Positions 27,003 through 36,980 of a stretch of 41,143 nt of DNA are shown here, in pieces. The stretch covers positions 1-41,143 of the forward strand of contig RDOA01000031.1 in assembly GCA_011364925.1 (NCBI GenBank), given 5' to 3'. The notes below the pieces were generated by a model, which saw only the letters and a program-made list of their open reading frames with translations, searched no databases and was not told the DNA's origin. Origin of the DNA: Promethearchaeota archaeon. GTDB taxonomy: Archaea; Asgardarchaeota; Lokiarchaeia; Sigyniarchaeales; SOKP01. A program made the translations under genes and the position numbers. Each line of letters opens with the position of its first letter. Position 1 is the stretch's first letter.

Positions 27003-28439
27003 ATGAAAGTATACAATAGTCTTACATTCGAGAAAGAAGAGTTTAAAACCCTTGAGCCAGGAAAAGTGAAAATGTACGTTTGCGGCGTGACAGTTTATGG
27101 TTCCCCCCACCTTGGACATGTGAAGTCTGCTGTTGCCTTCGATTTAATTCACAGATATCTAAAATATAAAGGCTACGATGTAAACATCGTCAAAAATTAC
27201 ACAGATATCGACGATAAAATAATCAAAGCGTCTCAAGAAAGCGACCTTGATTTTAGAACTCTAAGTAATCGATATGTCGAAGAATACGAAGAAATCATGG
27301 AAATGTTGAATGTAGCTAAGGACACGTATAATCCTCGTGCTACTGAGGTAATGGACCTTATAATTAAATTCGCTCAGGAACTCATTAAAAAAGGACATGC
27401 GTATGAGAAAAATGGCTCAGTATATTTTTCAGTCCAATCGTTCCCTAAATATGATACAATTCTCCAAAGAGTTAAGGACACGCAAGCTGAAGACGAGGAT
27501 TATATTGCTGATCAAGATACTGCGTTTGGAGAAGATAAACTTGATGTTAGAGATTTTGCCTTGTGGAAGAAAATGAAAGAAGGAGAGCCTTATTGGGAAA
27601 GTCCATGGGGTAAAGGGCGTCCTGGGTGGCATATAGAATGTTCTGTCATGATTTTAAACTTCTTAGGGGAGTCAATTGACATTCACGGTGGTGGTCAAGA
27701 TTTAAAATTTCCGCACCACAGAAACGAGATTGCGCAATCTGAGTCCTATACGGGAAAACCATTCGCCAAATATTTCTTACATAACGGATATGTAAATGTG
27801 AACAACGAAAAGATGTCAAAAAGTCTTAATAATTTTTTTACAGTGGCGGATATAGCAAAAGAATACGACCCTATGGTTATCCGTTGGTATCTAATTTCAA
27901 GTCATTATAGGAGCTCAAACAATTATACACCTGATAGCATGGAACCGGCAAAGAAGACCTATGAGCGACTAATAAACACGATTAAAAAAGTAAATAGCGC
28001 CGATTATAGTAATGCAAAATCGGATGAAATAAATACTCTAATTGAAAAAATTGATGTTAGTAAAAACAAAATTATTGAAGCAATGGACGATGATTTTGAT
28101 ACACCTGTAGCTTTAGCAGAGCTACTAACGCTATTTAGGGAAATTAATAAAGCAATCTTACAAGATAACATAAAAATTAATAAAGATTTTAAGGATATGT
28201 TCTCGGACTTTTTGAAATTTATTGAATCGATTCTTGGAATTTTCCCTTTTCTTAATTCGAAATCTAAATCCTTTTTAGCTGAGAGCACAGATGAGAAAGA
28301 CAATCTGATTAAAAATCTTATAAATTTGGTAATTGAAATCCGTTCAAAATTGAGAGAGAAAAAAATTTACGATATCAGCGACTCAATTCGAGATCGTTTA
28401 AGAGAGTTGGGGATAGAAGTAGAAGATAAAAAAGTGTAA
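27003..28439 (+). CDS. cysS: Cysteinyl-tRNA synthetase
   Basis: MYVCGVTVY, HLGH, NYTDIDDKII, DFALWK, GRPGWHIECS, DIHGGG.DL.FPHH.NE, KMSKS, DDFDTP. Confidence 0.97.
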   Translation: MKVYNSLTFEKEEFKTLEPGKVKMYVCGVTVYGSPHLGHVKSAVAFDLIHRYLKYKGYDVNIVKNYTDIDDKIIKASQESDLDFRTLSNRYVEEYEEIMEMLNVAKDTYNPRATEVMDLIIKFAQELIKKGHAYEKNGSVYFSVQSFPKYDTILQRVKDTQAEDEDYIADQDTAFGEDKLDVRDFALWKKMKEGEPYWESPWGKGRPGWHIECSVMILNFLGESIDIHGGGQDLKFPHHRNEIAQSESYTGKPFAKYFLHNGYVNVNNEKMSKSLNNFFTVADIAKEYDPMVIRWYLISSHYRSSNNYTPDSMEPAKKTYERLINTIKKVNSADYSNAKSDEINTLIEKIDVSKNKIIEAMDDDFDTPVALAELLTLFREINKAILQDNIKINKDFKDMFSDFLKFIESILGIFPFLNSKSKSFLAESTDEKDNLIKNLINLVIEIRSKLREKKIYDISDSIRDRLRELGIEVEDKKV

Positions 28440-28481
28440 ACCCAAATCTTAATTTTTTACCAAAGGGAAGAATGAGATCTA

Positions 28482-28886
28482 TCATTGCTGAACAGAACTG
28501 CTGACTATCTCATTACCATCTTCGAGATGCTTATAATGCTTGTATAGAATTGGTCCAAGCTTTACTTCTTTGGTTGTTGAAACGGTTAATACTTGATCTT
28601 CACCCGCGTATAAAACTAGTAGATACCCCTTTTTCGCCTTAATATAGGACTGTTCAAATTCCCCTAGTCCCATCTCTTCAATTGCTCGCTCGCTTAAAGA
28701 GCAGAGAGCTGCCGTCATAGCAGCAAATCGCATATCGTCTGCACTCGATGGCAAGACTGATGCTAGAGGTTGACCAGTATCTGCCGTAAGTTGCGCAGCC
28801 TTTACCCCATCGACATTATCCATAATGTCTCTTAGTAATTCCTCAAGGGAACTCTTAAACTCCCTTCTCTTCTTTAACCCTTTCAT
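28482..28886 (-). CDS. Roadblock/LC7 (MglB/LAMTOR-like) domain protein
   Basis: GVKAAQLTADTGQPLAS, RFAAMTAALCSLSERAIEEMGLGEFEQSYIKAKKGYLLV, VKLG. Confidence 0.9.
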   Translation of the reverse strand: MKGLKKRREFKSSLEELLRDIMDNVDGVKAAQLTADTGQPLASVLPSSADDMRFAAMTAALCSLSERAIEEMGLGEFEQSYIKAKKGYLLVLYAGEDQVLTVSTTKEVKLGPILYKHYKHLEDGNEIVSSSVQQ

Positions 28887-29004
28887 TGAACAAGATAAAT
28901 GACTATCTAATTAGATGCGTATTACTGCTTAAAAAGGAGACTTTCTAATTTAAATTTTAGTACGATACCTTTGATATATGGATTTCATTTTTTTATAGTT
29001 AAAC

Positions 29005-29736
29005 CTAGAATTTGAACCCACAATTAGTGCAAAATTTCGTATCAGCTCTTAGAACCTTATTTCCACACTCAGGACAATAATTAAGGATTTTCATTGCTGT
29101 TGATGGAGGATTGTATCTTGTTGCTACATCCGTTTTAGAAGGTACTATGTCATTTCTCGGAACATTACTACTCCCAAATGCTATATAATCGCCTCTATGT
29201 TTAGAATACTTCCGAAACAGTCCAATTCCTACGAACAATACAATTGCGCTTATAAAAGGCAAAACCATACCGAAACTAGGGCTGAATTCGAGCCAAAAAT
29301 GAAACCCTGGTGGGAAAGTAACACCTTCGATGAGCAATCCATCTATAAACGCAAGTGAGATGGCAACCGCGTAATAAATCATAACACCCATAGATAAAAG
29401 AGCGCTAAATGTTGACATTAATCCAAAATTTTTGGTATCAAATCCTTTCTTTTTAGTCTTGGAAGTAAGAATGGATAAATTAACAATATTTAGTAAGGTC
29501 GCACTTGTAGTAATTATTGAAATGATGATAAAGTCAAGTTCAATCTCGAAGAAAGTAATGGGGGGATACCCAACATAAGTCAATAATGAAAAGTCCCACA
29601 TCCACCAACTCCAAGATATGCCCATTGAATTATAAGACGCTGTTGGGGTCAACAATGCGATTGTTATACAAATAACACCAATTAATGGAAAAATCCAGAT
29701 ATAATCTCCCGGTCCTTTTCTTTTGTACATTTCCAA
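29005..29736 (-). CDS. Four-TM membrane protein with C-terminal zinc ribbon
   Basis: About four hydrophobic segments, a low-complexity linker, and terminal YCPECG...KFCTNCG. Confidence 0.8.
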   Translation of the reverse strand: MEMYKRKGPGDYIWIFPLIGVICITIALLTPTASYNSMGISWSWWMWDFSLLTYVGYPPITFFEIELDFIIISIITTSATLLNIVNLSILTSKTKKKGFDTKNFGLMSTFSALLSMGVMIYYAVAISLAFIDGLLIEGVTFPPGFHFWLEFSPSFGMVLPFISAIVLFVGIGLFRKYSKHRGDYIAFGSSNVPRNDIVPSKTDVATRYNPPSTAMKILNYCPECGNKVLRADTKFCTNCGFKF

Positions 29737-30037
29737 TCATTGATATTGTTTTATATCTATTTAAGCTTTTCATGAAAAGTTTTAGAAGCTCTCTCCACAA
29801 TATGTGCAAAAATTCGCATCTTCTCGAAGAATTCTTTGACCACATTCGTGTCAAAAATTGCGGGACTCAGATAATTTTTCTATTCGATTATAGAATTTTA
29901 CAATGCTCAAAACCAGATTTCATGCCAGCTTCCATTAATGACTATTACTAGATACAAATTTTTAAATATAACAACGAAATGTATGTAAGAGAGTACATAA
30001 TCTAAAATAATAATAAGAAGTAAGAAATAATACAGTA

Positions 30038-31759
30038 TTAAGCTCCGTTAAAGACCTTCTCTTTTGGAGCGTATTCGTCTTGAACAGGATAATTGTTGAA
30101 ATTCACACTATAATGATCTCGCCAGCGAGCTTTCACTTCTTCCAGCATCTCCTCGTAGATATGCTCTTTAATTTCTCCTTCCGCTCGAAGTAGAGTCCCC
30201 ATGCGCGTAGCGACTATTTCTCCGTCTTTTACCACGATCTCGCCATCTTTAATCGTGTAAGCAGCTTTAGAAAAGGCTTTTTCTATCGCTTTACCGTCCA
30301 TGTTCTTTGGATCAAGATCGAACACAGCTACATCACCTATTGCACCGATTCCTAAATGGCCCCTATCTTTCAGTCCTAAAGTTTTCGCAGTTCCTGCTCT
30401 AGTAACTATGCATAACTCATTTAATGTGTATTCGCGATCGAGATCTGGAAGAGAAGTGGCTGTACTGGCTTTATTTGAAACTACGTTTTCTAGCATGTCT
30501 TTTCGAGATTTACGATCCATTAACCATTTGAATACCATAGGATAGGTCGTAAAAGGACCTCCGTTTGGATGATCTGTCGTGTGATATATTTGCCATGGAT
30601 TCTTAACCAAGAGCATTAACTCAAGTCCAATCGCCCACTGAACGGCATTTACTCCGATTTTAGGCGAGAAAAAATAAGGTACTACACCTGATCCAGACTC
30701 TGCTTCCACCTGACCATTAACCCATTTAATTCCAGGTTTAGAGCCCCATGCTGACATTCCTCCTAAATGGTGGAGTGCAAACTCCCAAGGTCCGTCTCCC
30801 GTCATCGTCGTGGTAGCATATTTAGTGAAAACTACTTGACCACTATCCAACGTCATATGTTTGTGTGAATTAACATACTTAGCTATTTCAGCAGCTCCTG
30901 AGTTCATATCTCCCCAGTTGGTACCTGCGTAGGCGTTGAATTGACAGTGGGTAAGATGGAACGAACTTTCTCTATCACCCGTTGGTTTAATTCCTTCGCA
31001 TATTTTCAAAGTCTCAAGGGTGTGGGCGTAATTCCCCGGATGTCCTAGATTGTTGCAATGGACATGGATTGAATGAGGTAATTTTAACAACTCGTTTGCT
31101 TTTGCTAAACTCTCAACAATTTGTCTCGGCGTGATGTCCCAATATAAAACTGGACTATCGACATTGTCGCAGTTTTTACCCCAAGCCCAGTTTTCTACAC
31201 CTCCAGGGTTAACAAGTTTAATTGCGTATCCTTTAGTTGCCTTTAAAATCCAATTCACATACGCTGCTAGCTTTTCAATGTCGTTGTTTCTTATAAATTC
31301 AAGCACATACCAATTATTTCCAAAAATAGGAAGTGCAAGCTTATCTATGATCGGAGTTTCCAAAAATTCCTCGTGAGTATGCCGAGCTTCCAACATAGGC
31401 ATCGCGGGTTCACATACAGTTGTATATCCCATTGTAGCATATCTATATCCCGTTGACCAAGTACTTGGGACGCTAAAACCAGTACCAGATCTTCTTACCT
31501 TAGATTTCAGCTCGTTATATTCTGGTGGTTTGTCTTCCGGTCGCAATTGTCGTCCAGTGTTTACTTTTGCTCCAGCTATGTGAGAATGAATGTCTACGCC
31601 TCCCGGCATAATTATCATTCCATCAGCGTCAATGACTTTTGCCCCACTATTAACTTTATCAACAATAACCCCATCCTTAATGAAAATGTCCTTCTTTTCG
31701 CCATCAAGGTTGTTTAAGGGATCGTAGACTAAGCCGTTTTTTATTATTAAATTACTCAT
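30038..31759 (-). CDS. fwdA: Formylmethanofuran dehydrogenase subunit A
   Basis: LIIKNGLVYDP, GGVDIHSHIAG, MGYTT, EARHTHEE, IKLVNPGG, PHSIHVHCNNLGHPGN, HCQF, TTDHPNGGPF, RGHLGIGA. Confidence 0.96.
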   Translation of the reverse strand: MSNLIIKNGLVYDPLNNLDGEKKDIFIKDGVIVDKVNSGAKVIDADGMIIMPGGVDIHSHIAGAKVNTGRQLRPEDKPPEYNELKSKVRRSGTGFSVPSTWSTGYRYATMGYTTVCEPAMPMLEARHTHEEFLETPIIDKLALPIFGNNWYVLEFIRNNDIEKLAAYVNWILKATKGYAIKLVNPGGVENWAWGKNCDNVDSPVLYWDITPRQIVESLAKANELLKLPHSIHVHCNNLGHPGNYAHTLETLKICEGIKPTGDRESSFHLTHCQFNAYAGTNWGDMNSGAAEIAKYVNSHKHMTLDSGQVVFTKYATTTMTGDGPWEFALHHLGGMSAWGSKPGIKWVNGQVEAESGSGVVPYFFSPKIGVNAVQWAIGLELMLLVKNPWQIYHTTDHPNGGPFTTYPMVFKWLMDRKSRKDMLENVVSNKASTATSLPDLDREYTLNELCIVTRAGTAKTLGLKDRGHLGIGAIGDVAVFDLDPKNMDGKAIEKAFSKAAYTIKDGEIVVKDGEIVATRMGTLLRAEGEIKEHIYEEMLEEVKARWRDHYSVNFNNYPVQDEYAPKEKVFNGA

Positions 31760-31937
31760 CGTAAGTTTCCTAGGTAAATTATTTTGTTCAAAATTTATTA
31801 ATATTAAAAATCTGCTACTATAATAAACTCTTTCTATATTATAAAATCATTTTTTATGAAAATTAAGTTATAATTTATATGATTCACTATGATACAAATG
31901 CTACTCTTCTGGCTCTATCATTACTAATAAAAAGAGT

Positions 31938-33023
31938 TTACTTATCGATTGATATCAAATTTATTTTGCCATCATTAGAAATTTCCACAAACGAGTTATT
32001 TGAGTATTCCCATGCACCACTGTTAATGACCTCTATATTATGATCGTTTATGATCTCATTCGAGATCCCTTTTTTATGAGAGTGTCCATATATTACATGA
32101 GTGATCTGCGAAAAATCACATTTAGCCTCGTCAAAAAATTCTTTAATGCCTTCTAGATAATAGTCAGTTTTCCTAGCTTTTCGGTACTTTTTCAGAGCTC
32201 TCATATTCAATTTGATTAAATTGAATTCTAAGTTACTTAAATTTGAAAATATTGCATCAATTTCTTCAGATGATAACCCTTTTAGCCTTTCTAATTCTGA
32301 TTTCATGTCTTCAATCGTTATAGGTTTAATTTTTCTTTTATTTCTAATTATAACATTCCAAAAATAGTTATATACTTCTTTTATCGCTATATTTTGGTAG
32401 GAAATCATAGATTTCCAAAATGGTGCAACTAAAATTCGAATTGCGTCAGATTCAAATTGATAACCATGTAACATTAAACACTTGTAAATTTCACGGAGAT
32501 TGAGGTTACTTATTTTAATTAAATTAATCGGCTGGTCGTAAATTTGTTCTTTTGAATCATATAATAGTAGTGCGCTCTCATTTTCCCATTTACTTAATAC
32601 TATATACTGACAAATCATATTGGGCTCAAATATATCTACAATAATGCTATTAGGAAATTTCTCTAGAAATTTTTTTTTTCTTCTATTAAATTTCTCATCA
32701 TAAGTTCCTGATGTGATGCTACTAGTAACAGGAATTTCATGGTTTCCCGGTAGAAAAACAATAGGAATTTTCTTTTTTACTTCTAATAAATATGTTAAAA
32801 TTTCAAATATTTTTTCGTCGGTAAAAAAAGTACTTTTGACTGTAGTCCCTAAATCAAATAAATCTCCTAAAATTACAAGAGTTTGTAAGTGTTCACCGAA
32901 TTCTCCTTTAATAATCTTTTTTAAGAAAAGGCTAAATTGATCTAAGTCACTATTTAATGCACCTAAATGAATATCGGATACAATTAAAATTCTAGGTGAT
33001 GATTCAATCATTTTGTAGGGCAT
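31938..33023 (-). CDS. Calcineurin-like metallophosphoesterase
   Basis: SDIHLG, LGDLFD, PGNHE, LHG, YGHSH, NSGAW. Confidence 0.88.
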   Translation of the reverse strand: MPYKMIESSPRILIVSDIHLGALNSDLDQFSLFLKKIIKGEFGEHLQTLVILGDLFDLGTTVKSTFFTDEKIFEILTYLLEVKKKIPIVFLPGNHEIPVTSSITSGTYDEKFNRRKKKFLEKFPNSIIVDIFEPNMICQYIVLSKWENESALLLYDSKEQIYDQPINLIKISNLNLREIYKCLMLHGYQFESDAIRILVAPFWKSMISYQNIAIKEVYNYFWNVIIRNKRKIKPITIEDMKSELERLKGLSSEEIDAIFSNLSNLEFNLIKLNMRALKKYRKARKTDYYLEGIKEFFDEAKCDFSQITHVIYGHSHKKGISNEIINDHNIEVINSGAWEYSNNSFVEISNDGKINLISIDK

Positions 33024-33125
33024 CTCATCTTATTAGTTCGCTTCATTATAATTACTATTAAATATTTTTAAATATATTAATAGTTTATTCATAAATACCA
33101 CCCTTAAAAGCTCTTCTTTACAATT

Positions 33126-34487
33126 ATGAAAACCAAATCAATCTATCAAACTGGATTTTCTAGATTTAAAGATTATTACATTAAAGAATGTAAAGAATGT
33201 GGAATCTGTTTTAAAAATTGTTTCGCTTATTATAATACTAAATATCCAATTCATAAAATTGTAAAAAGGCTTTTCAAGAATAATCTAGAAAAAAAAGATG
33301 GAAAAAAAATAAAGAAATTTTTAAACTCATGTCTTTATTGCAAATCTTGCCAGACTTCTTGTGAATATGGGTTAGATTTAACAGAACGCCTTGTAGCTAT
33401 TAAATTTGAGTTATATAAACTTAATAATAAATATACATGGCTTCCTTATAAAATACCTTCTTTCTTTGGAAAATTCCTTGACGGAAGGAGATTGGAGTAC
33501 TTTATTTGGAATTTGAATAACTATTTAATACCACGGGAAAGAAGAGAGAAATATGAAAAATTTCGAACATCAAAAACTCGAGATATTGTACTTTTTACAG
33601 GATGTGGTATTGAAATGCTAGAGAATCAATATTATACATTATTAGATATATTAATAAAACTGGATCTTAATTTTGGTCTTATTGAAGGTTCACTTGGAAA
33701 ACCTGTATGTTGTGGGGCTGAGTTTTTTGAATTTGGTCAATTCGATTATGGGTTATATCTTCTAAATAATTTAATCAATGAGATTCAGAAATTTAACACT
33801 AAAAAAGTAATAGTATATTGTGCTACTTGCTACTACGGTCTCAAGAAACTTGCTCCCCAACTTATTAAGAATTATGATTTGCAAATTATTTACGCAGCAG
33901 ATTATATTACAGATATTTTGAGAAAAGAAGAAAATAAAGAATTTCTCAACAATAATTTTATTAAATCTAATGTGGTTACTATCCACGATTCTTGCCACCT
34001 TGCACACAGTGGTGATACTTCAAGTATTAGAAATCTTTTTTCCATTCTTCCAAGAGTAAAAGTTTCAGAAATGAGACACAATAAACAGAATTCAATTTGC
34101 GATTTGTATTGTATCATTAGAGCATTAGACAATCCCCTCAATCTGATATTGAGAAAGGATATTATGCCAATAATCAATGAAGCCATCGAGTCAAATGCTA
34201 ATACTTTATGCACACTATGTCCTGGATGCCATGCGTTCATAAGTATCTTCGGAGATAGATATAAATCTAGTCATGGTGTAAAGAAAAAGAGAATTACAAT
34301 AAAAAATTGGGTTTCTATTTTAGGGGAATATCTCGGAATTAGAAGAAGGGAGATGTTAGATTATAGACTTTCTCACCCTATAACAATCCCTTTTAAAGAG
34401 AGTTTAACGTGGTATTTATTACAGATTCTAAAAGCATTCGTAAGAGGATATATTGGTTTGAAAGAACCAAGAATGTTAAAAAGCTGA
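33126..34487 (+). CDS. HdrD/GlpC-like (Fe-S)-binding CCG-domain oxidoreductase
   Basis: CKECGICFKNC, CLYCKSCQTSC, FTGC, CCG, CATC, HDSCH, CPGC. Confidence 0.85.
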   Translation: MKTKSIYQTGFSRFKDYYIKECKECGICFKNCFAYYNTKYPIHKIVKRLFKNNLEKKDGKKIKKFLNSCLYCKSCQTSCEYGLDLTERLVAIKFELYKLNNKYTWLPYKIPSFFGKFLDGRRLEYFIWNLNNYLIPRERREKYEKFRTSKTRDIVLFTGCGIEMLENQYYTLLDILIKLDLNFGLIEGSLGKPVCCGAEFFEFGQFDYGLYLLNNLINEIQKFNTKKVIVYCATCYYGLKKLAPQLIKNYDLQIIYAADYITDILRKEENKEFLNNNFIKSNVVTIHDSCHLAHSGDTSSIRNLFSILPRVKVSEMRHNKQNSICDLYCIIRALDNPLNLILRKDIMPIINEAIESNANTLCTLCPGCHAFISIFGDRYKSSHGVKKKRITIKNWVSILGEYLGIRRREMLDYRLSHPITIPFKESLTWYLLQILKAFVRGYIGLKEPRMLKS

Positions 34488-34687
34488 AAGATTTATAATT
34501 CAACTAATCGTCCTATATTTTTTATCAACTTTACTCAATTTTTTAATAGAGCTATATAAAATTCATTAAAAAAGATCAAATAGGTCTTTTTAATGAAAAA
34601 TTGGTACTTTTTAATAATTCTAGACATAAATCTTTTAATAACATCCTCCAAATAATTCTATATAAGTATAAGTATGGTCTAAATGAC

Positions 34688-35338
34688 ATGTTAAAATATA
34701 AAATCGTCATAGCTGGAGCTAAGGATGTTGGTAAATCTTCACTAATTGCCCGTTTCTGCGATAATATTTTCAAAGAAGATATGAAAGCAACGATAGGTGT
34801 TGACTTTAAAAGAAAAGTGATTATCCTAAAAGGAGCACATAAAGATATATCTTTGGAGCTTAATATATGGGATTTTGCTGGAGAGGAAAAATATCGCACA
34901 TTATTTCCCTCCTATACTCATGGAGCTTCGGCAGCGTTTATATTGTTTGATACTACAAATAAGGATACTTTAAACGATCTTGATAATTGGATAGAAATTA
35001 TCGACGAAAACGCGTTTCCCAATATAGTAAAGCAAATTATAGCAACTAAGATTGACTTAAAGGATGAAATACAGGTTTCTGTTAAAGAGGCAGAGGACTT
35101 ATGCAAAAAATATGATTGGTGCGAGTCGATAACTAGTACTTCCTCAAAAACAGGAGAAAATGTTGAGGAAGCGTTTATAGAAGTAGTTAAAAAAATTATT
35201 AAGATCAATTTGAATATATGTGAGTCGTGTGGCGAAGTTTTTAATAAAAAGTTGAGAAACTGTCAATATTGCGGGGCTAAAGTGAAAGAAGAAATAAGTC
35301 CCTTTAAATATTATAAATCTTCCTCTTCTCGATTATAG
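34688..35338 (+). CDS. Rab-like small GTPase with C-terminal zinc ribbon
   Basis: GAKDVGKS, TIGVDF, IWDFAGEEKY, TKID, TSSKTGENVEEAF; tail CESCG...CQYCG. Start reassigned to ATG 34688 (MLKYKIVI) from the TTG at 34601. Confidence 0.9.
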   Translation: MLKYKIVIAGAKDVGKSSLIARFCDNIFKEDMKATIGVDFKRKVIILKGAHKDISLELNIWDFAGEEKYRTLFPSYTHGASAAFILFDTTNKDTLNDLDNWIEIIDENAFPNIVKQIIATKIDLKDEIQVSVKEAEDLCKKYDWCESITSTSSKTGENVEEAFIEVVKKIIKINLNICESCGEVFNKKLRNCQYCGAKVKEEISPFKYYKSSSSRL

Positions 35339-36138
35339 AGCGAAGGAGGAGGTCTCGCTTTGTCTAATGGTTTACTTCTTACTTTATTGATAAATGAGTT
35401 TAGTTCCATTTTAGCAACTTCAATAGAATTTGCTATTTCTTGGGCAACTAAATCTAATCCAAAAACTGAACGGCCATGACTGGGATAAAAGCATTCCAAT
35501 TTCAAAGTATTCAAGATTTCCAGTGAGTCTATGTATTCGGATATAGATCCAGATTCGTAAATATTAGATATTGCCCCCTTAAATAAGGTATCACCAGAAA
35601 AAAGATAATTTTTGTATGGTTCGTATAGACAAATACACCCTGATGTATGTCCCGGGGTTTCAACCACTTTTAAAAACATATTCCCCAAATCAATAATGTT
35701 TCTATCTTCTAACCATAAATTGATTCGCAAATCGGTTAAATCGACCCCCCACTTTTTCCCTTTGGTTATCAATTCGTCGCTGTGCTGGATCTTGACTGCT
35801 GCCCAGCGATGGGCAGCAATAGGACAATGAAAATACGCATTTGAACTAATATGGTCGAAATGTTCGTGCGTATTAATCACTAAATCGATATCCTCAACTT
35901 TTAAACCAACTTCCGTAGTCAGTAAATAGTTAAAGCTGTTAAATTTTGTAATAATTCCAGTATCAATTAAAACATTTAATTCGTCTCCGATGATTAGAAA
36001 TACATGGCAACCAGCAGTTCGAGAATAAAATTGGTACACGTTTGGTCTTAAGAGATTTAATCTATACCCAGCTTTTTCGCCGTATATATCGTCTTCTTTG
36101 ATTAATCGAGGTTCAAATTCTTTTACTTCTTTATCCAC
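35311..36138 (-). CDS. Metallo-beta-lactamase-fold hydrolase (glyoxalase II-like)
   Basis: LIDTG, THEHFDH, TPGHTSG, FSGDTLF, PSHG. Confidence 0.9.
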   Translation of the reverse strand: MDKEVKEFEPRLIKEDDIYGEKAGYRLNLLRPNVYQFYSRTAGCHVFLIIGDELNVLIDTGIITKFNSFNYLLTTEVGLKVEDIDLVINTHEHFDHISSNAYFHCPIAAHRWAAVKIQHSDELITKGKKWGVDLTDLRINLWLEDRNIIDLGNMFLKVVETPGHTSGCICLYEPYKNYLFSGDTLFKGAISNIYESGSISEYIDSLEILNTLKLECFYPSHGRSVFGLDLVAQEIANSIEVAKMELNSFINKVRSKPLDKARPPPSLYNREEEDL

Positions 36139-36449
36139 ACTAATTCACTTCAAATCTAATTTCATTTTGTTGTTAAATTAAATGAAGAAGCTATGACTTA
36201 AAAATTGACACTACAATTTAAGATTTTAATAAAATACGAAGTGAACTACACAAACCAACCTTAATTTTGAAGATTTAGGAAGTTAAAGTTCCGCTGTAAT
36301 AAAATGAAGACATCTTTTTTTTCCAAGCATTAATGAATCAATCACATAAAAAATAACTAAATGTATATAAGGAAAAATTCGCATTATAATCTTAAATTAT
36401 ATTTCAATTTAATAAAAAAAACATAACAAAAAATTTGAGTGATTAAATT

Positions 36450-36935
36450 TTGGGCGCTGCTCGTGTTGTACTTATTGTATTGGGTGCTATTTTAACTATA
36501 CTTGGAACATACGTTTTTGCTCTGTTTCCTTCTTTTCCTCCATTAGTAGGATCTGGACTTGGTTTTGCGACAAATTTGCCAAGTATTATTACATATACCC
36601 CTGCTCCTAGCGAAGCTGCTGCGTTTTATGTCCTTTTGGTTGTATTTATAATCTGGCTTGGTGCTGGAGTTCTAATGTTTATAGGATTAAAATCCAGAGC
36701 CGTTGGAGTGATTTTTTCTCTAGTTCCACTAGCAATTGGCGTAATGTTCTTATTGCTTGTATATACAACAATCTTAGGTCCAATGACTGCAACTTTCTTC
36801 CTTTTGACTTCTGGTGAGGTGTACTTTGGTTTTATTCCCTTCCTTTATGAATTGGGTGGTATGGGAATAGGAGTTTACTTATTACTTGCTGGAGGCTTTT
36901 TAGGGTTAATTGGGTCGATTTTGCCAAAAGATTAA
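36450..36935 (+). CDS. Hypothetical four-TM membrane protein
   Basis: 161-aa, almost entirely hydrophobic Gly-rich ORF; TTG start; followed by a long T tract. Confidence 0.75.
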   Translation: MGAARVVLIVLGAILTILGTYVFALFPSFPPLVGSGLGFATNLPSIITYTPAPSEAAAFYVLLVVFIIWLGAGVLMFIGLKSRAVGVIFSLVPLAIGVMFLLLVYTTILGPMTATFFLLTSGEVYFGFIPFLYELGGMGIGVYLLLAGGFLGLIGSILPKD

Positions 36936-36949
36936 TAAAATTTTAAAAC

Positions 36950-36967
36950 TTCTTTTTTTTTCTTTTT
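36950..36967 (+). terminator. Oligo-T terminator candidate
   Basis: TTCTTTTTTTTTCTTTTT directly downstream of the stop at 36935, between convergent genes; archaeal terminators are typically U-tracts. Confidence 0.5.
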
Positions 36968-36980
36968 CGACTATAAACAA

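Noticed and set aside
29630-29951. 74-aa and 88-aa ORFs between the membrane protein and fwdA
   Set aside because: They overlap the neighbouring gene start and each other on opposite strands, with no motif support. A small gene here cannot be excluded.
34601-34687. N-terminal extension on the Rab-like GTPase
   Set aside because: AT-rich promoter-like sequence; ATG 34688 sits immediately before the first beta strand.
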